Assembly (NCBI RefSeq): GCF_006345805.1
Contig: NW_021828209.1
Coordinates: forward strand, 1-9,038
Direction of reading: 5' to 3'
Origin: Octopus sinensis
Taxonomy: Eukaryota
Length of the DNA: 9,038 nt
Shown: in pieces, positions 7,985 to 9,038 of the stretch
Layout of the letters: each line of letters starts with the position of its first letter
Position numbering within the stretch: position 1 is the first letter of the stretch
Program-made: the position numbers and the translations under genes
Notes under the pieces: generated by a model
What the model saw: only the letters and a program-made list of their open reading frames with translations
Told to the model about the DNA's origin: nothing
Databases searched by the model: none

Positions 7985-8259
7985 GTGGAGGCGCGGTCGG
8001 AGGATCGCGGTTTCGATTCCCAGAGCGGGCGTTGTGTGCGTTTATTGAGAGAAAACACCTAAGAGCTCCATGAAGCTCCGACGGGGGGTGGTGGCAACCC
8101 CTGTTGTGCTCTTTCGCCCCAACTTTCTCTCACTCTCTCTTCCTGTTTCTTGAGTGACGCTGCGATGGACTGGCGTCCCGCTCAGCTGGAAGGAACACAT
8201 ACGCCACAGAAACCGGGAAACCGGGCCCATGAGCCTGGCTAGGCTTGAAAAGGGTGACG
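7985..8259 (+). mobile_element. tRNA-derived SINE, family 3 head with tail type A; A-box deleted
   Basis: Perfect 12-bp TSD AAGTGATTGTCA (7973-7984 and 8260-8271). 7985-8150 is homologous to the reverse complement of 8530-8722. B-box GGTTTCGATTCC (8009-8020). Distinct tail starts at 8151. Confidence 0.88.
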
Positions 8260-8330
8260 AAGTGATTGTCAATCAGATAATGTTAAACGCCGTCGATTTG
8301 ACAGTAAGTACTAATTATGTAATTCACATT

Positions 8331-8722
8331 GGATGGAAGCACTCCGTCGGTTACGACGACGAGGGTTCCGGTTGATCCGAATCAACGGAACAGCCTGCTC
8401 GTGAAATTAACGTGTAAGTGGCTGAGCACTCCACAGCACCGTACCCTTAACTTACTTAACTTAGTTCTCGGGGATATTCAGCGTGACACAGAGAGTGACA
8501 AGGCTGGCCCTTTGAAATACAGGTACAACAGAAACAGGAAGTAAGAGTGAGAGAAAGTTGTGGTGAAAGAGTACAGCAGGGATCACCACCATCCCCTGCC
8601 GGAGCCTCGTGGAGCTTTAGGTGTTTTCGCTCAATAAACACTCACAACGCCCGGTCTGGGAATCGAAACCGCGATCTTATGACCGCGAGTCCGCTGCCCT
8701 AACCACTGGGCCATTGCGCCTC
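8331..8722 (-). mobile_element. tRNA-derived SINE, family 3 head with tail type B, full length
   Basis: Perfect 13-bp TSD TGTAATTCACATT (8318-8330 and 8723-8735). Minus-strand head GAGGCGCAATGGCCCAGTGGTTAGGG (A-box) and GGTTTCGATTCCC (B-box), tRNA-Arg-like by eye. Ends CTTCCATCC. Confidence 0.93.
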
Positions 8723-8970
8723 TGTAATTCACATTACGTACCTAACAACCAACTTATTTTAATGAAACGTACGTATGACGGTGTAGCGAAATATCTCATG
8801 AACAATTTCTCATATTGAGTTTACTTCTCACGTATATTCTCTATAACTCTTAAACACAGGATTCATAACAAAGAATAAAAATACGAAATACGAACATGAA
8901 TACTCATGGAAATTTAAATACTAGTTTCGGGTTTTAAATTGCACTGGACGAATACGCATTCGTAAGTACG

Positions 8971-8984
8971 TGCACACACACACA

Positions 8985-9031
<47 letters not shown>

Positions 9032-9038
9032 AAACACA
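8971..9038. repeat. (CA)n microsatellite, runs off the window end
   Basis: CA run with a few interruptions. Confidence 0.96.

Noticed and set aside
8042-8641. ORFs 8042-8272, 8154-8375, 8329-8544 and 8456-8641
   Set aside because: They lie within or across TSD-bounded SINEs; SINEs are non-coding.
8645-8722. tRNA-like sequence with A and B boxes (also 2500-2570 and 7393-7475)
   Set aside because: No complete cloverleaf or acceptor stem, and it continues into SINE body and tail; these are SINE heads, not tRNA genes.

Overview
Eukaryotic, AT-rich, repeat-saturated non-coding DNA (intron or intergenic). The SINE families and the extreme microsatellite density resemble octopus (coleoid cephalopod) genomes; this is my recall, not a database result. 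No protein-coding gene can be supported: nearly all ORFs in the track are read-throughs of microsatellites or SINEs. Contents: seven tRNA-derived SINE copies or fragments from about four families (two with perfect 12- and 13-bp target-site duplications), a 221-bp piggyBac-type MITE (TTAA TSD, 12-bp TIRs), three Helitron-like hairpin+CTAG 3' ends (one complete 392-bp non-autonomous element), and many di-, tri- and tetranucleotide repeats. The most interesting signal is a 35-nt minimal type I hammerhead ribozyme on the minus strand (7107-7141), of the dimer-dependent kind known from Penelope-like retroelements. Also notable are two inverted SINE pairs (possible dsRNA/ADAR substrates), a SINE head joined to two different tails, and one weak candidate exon (2049-2196).
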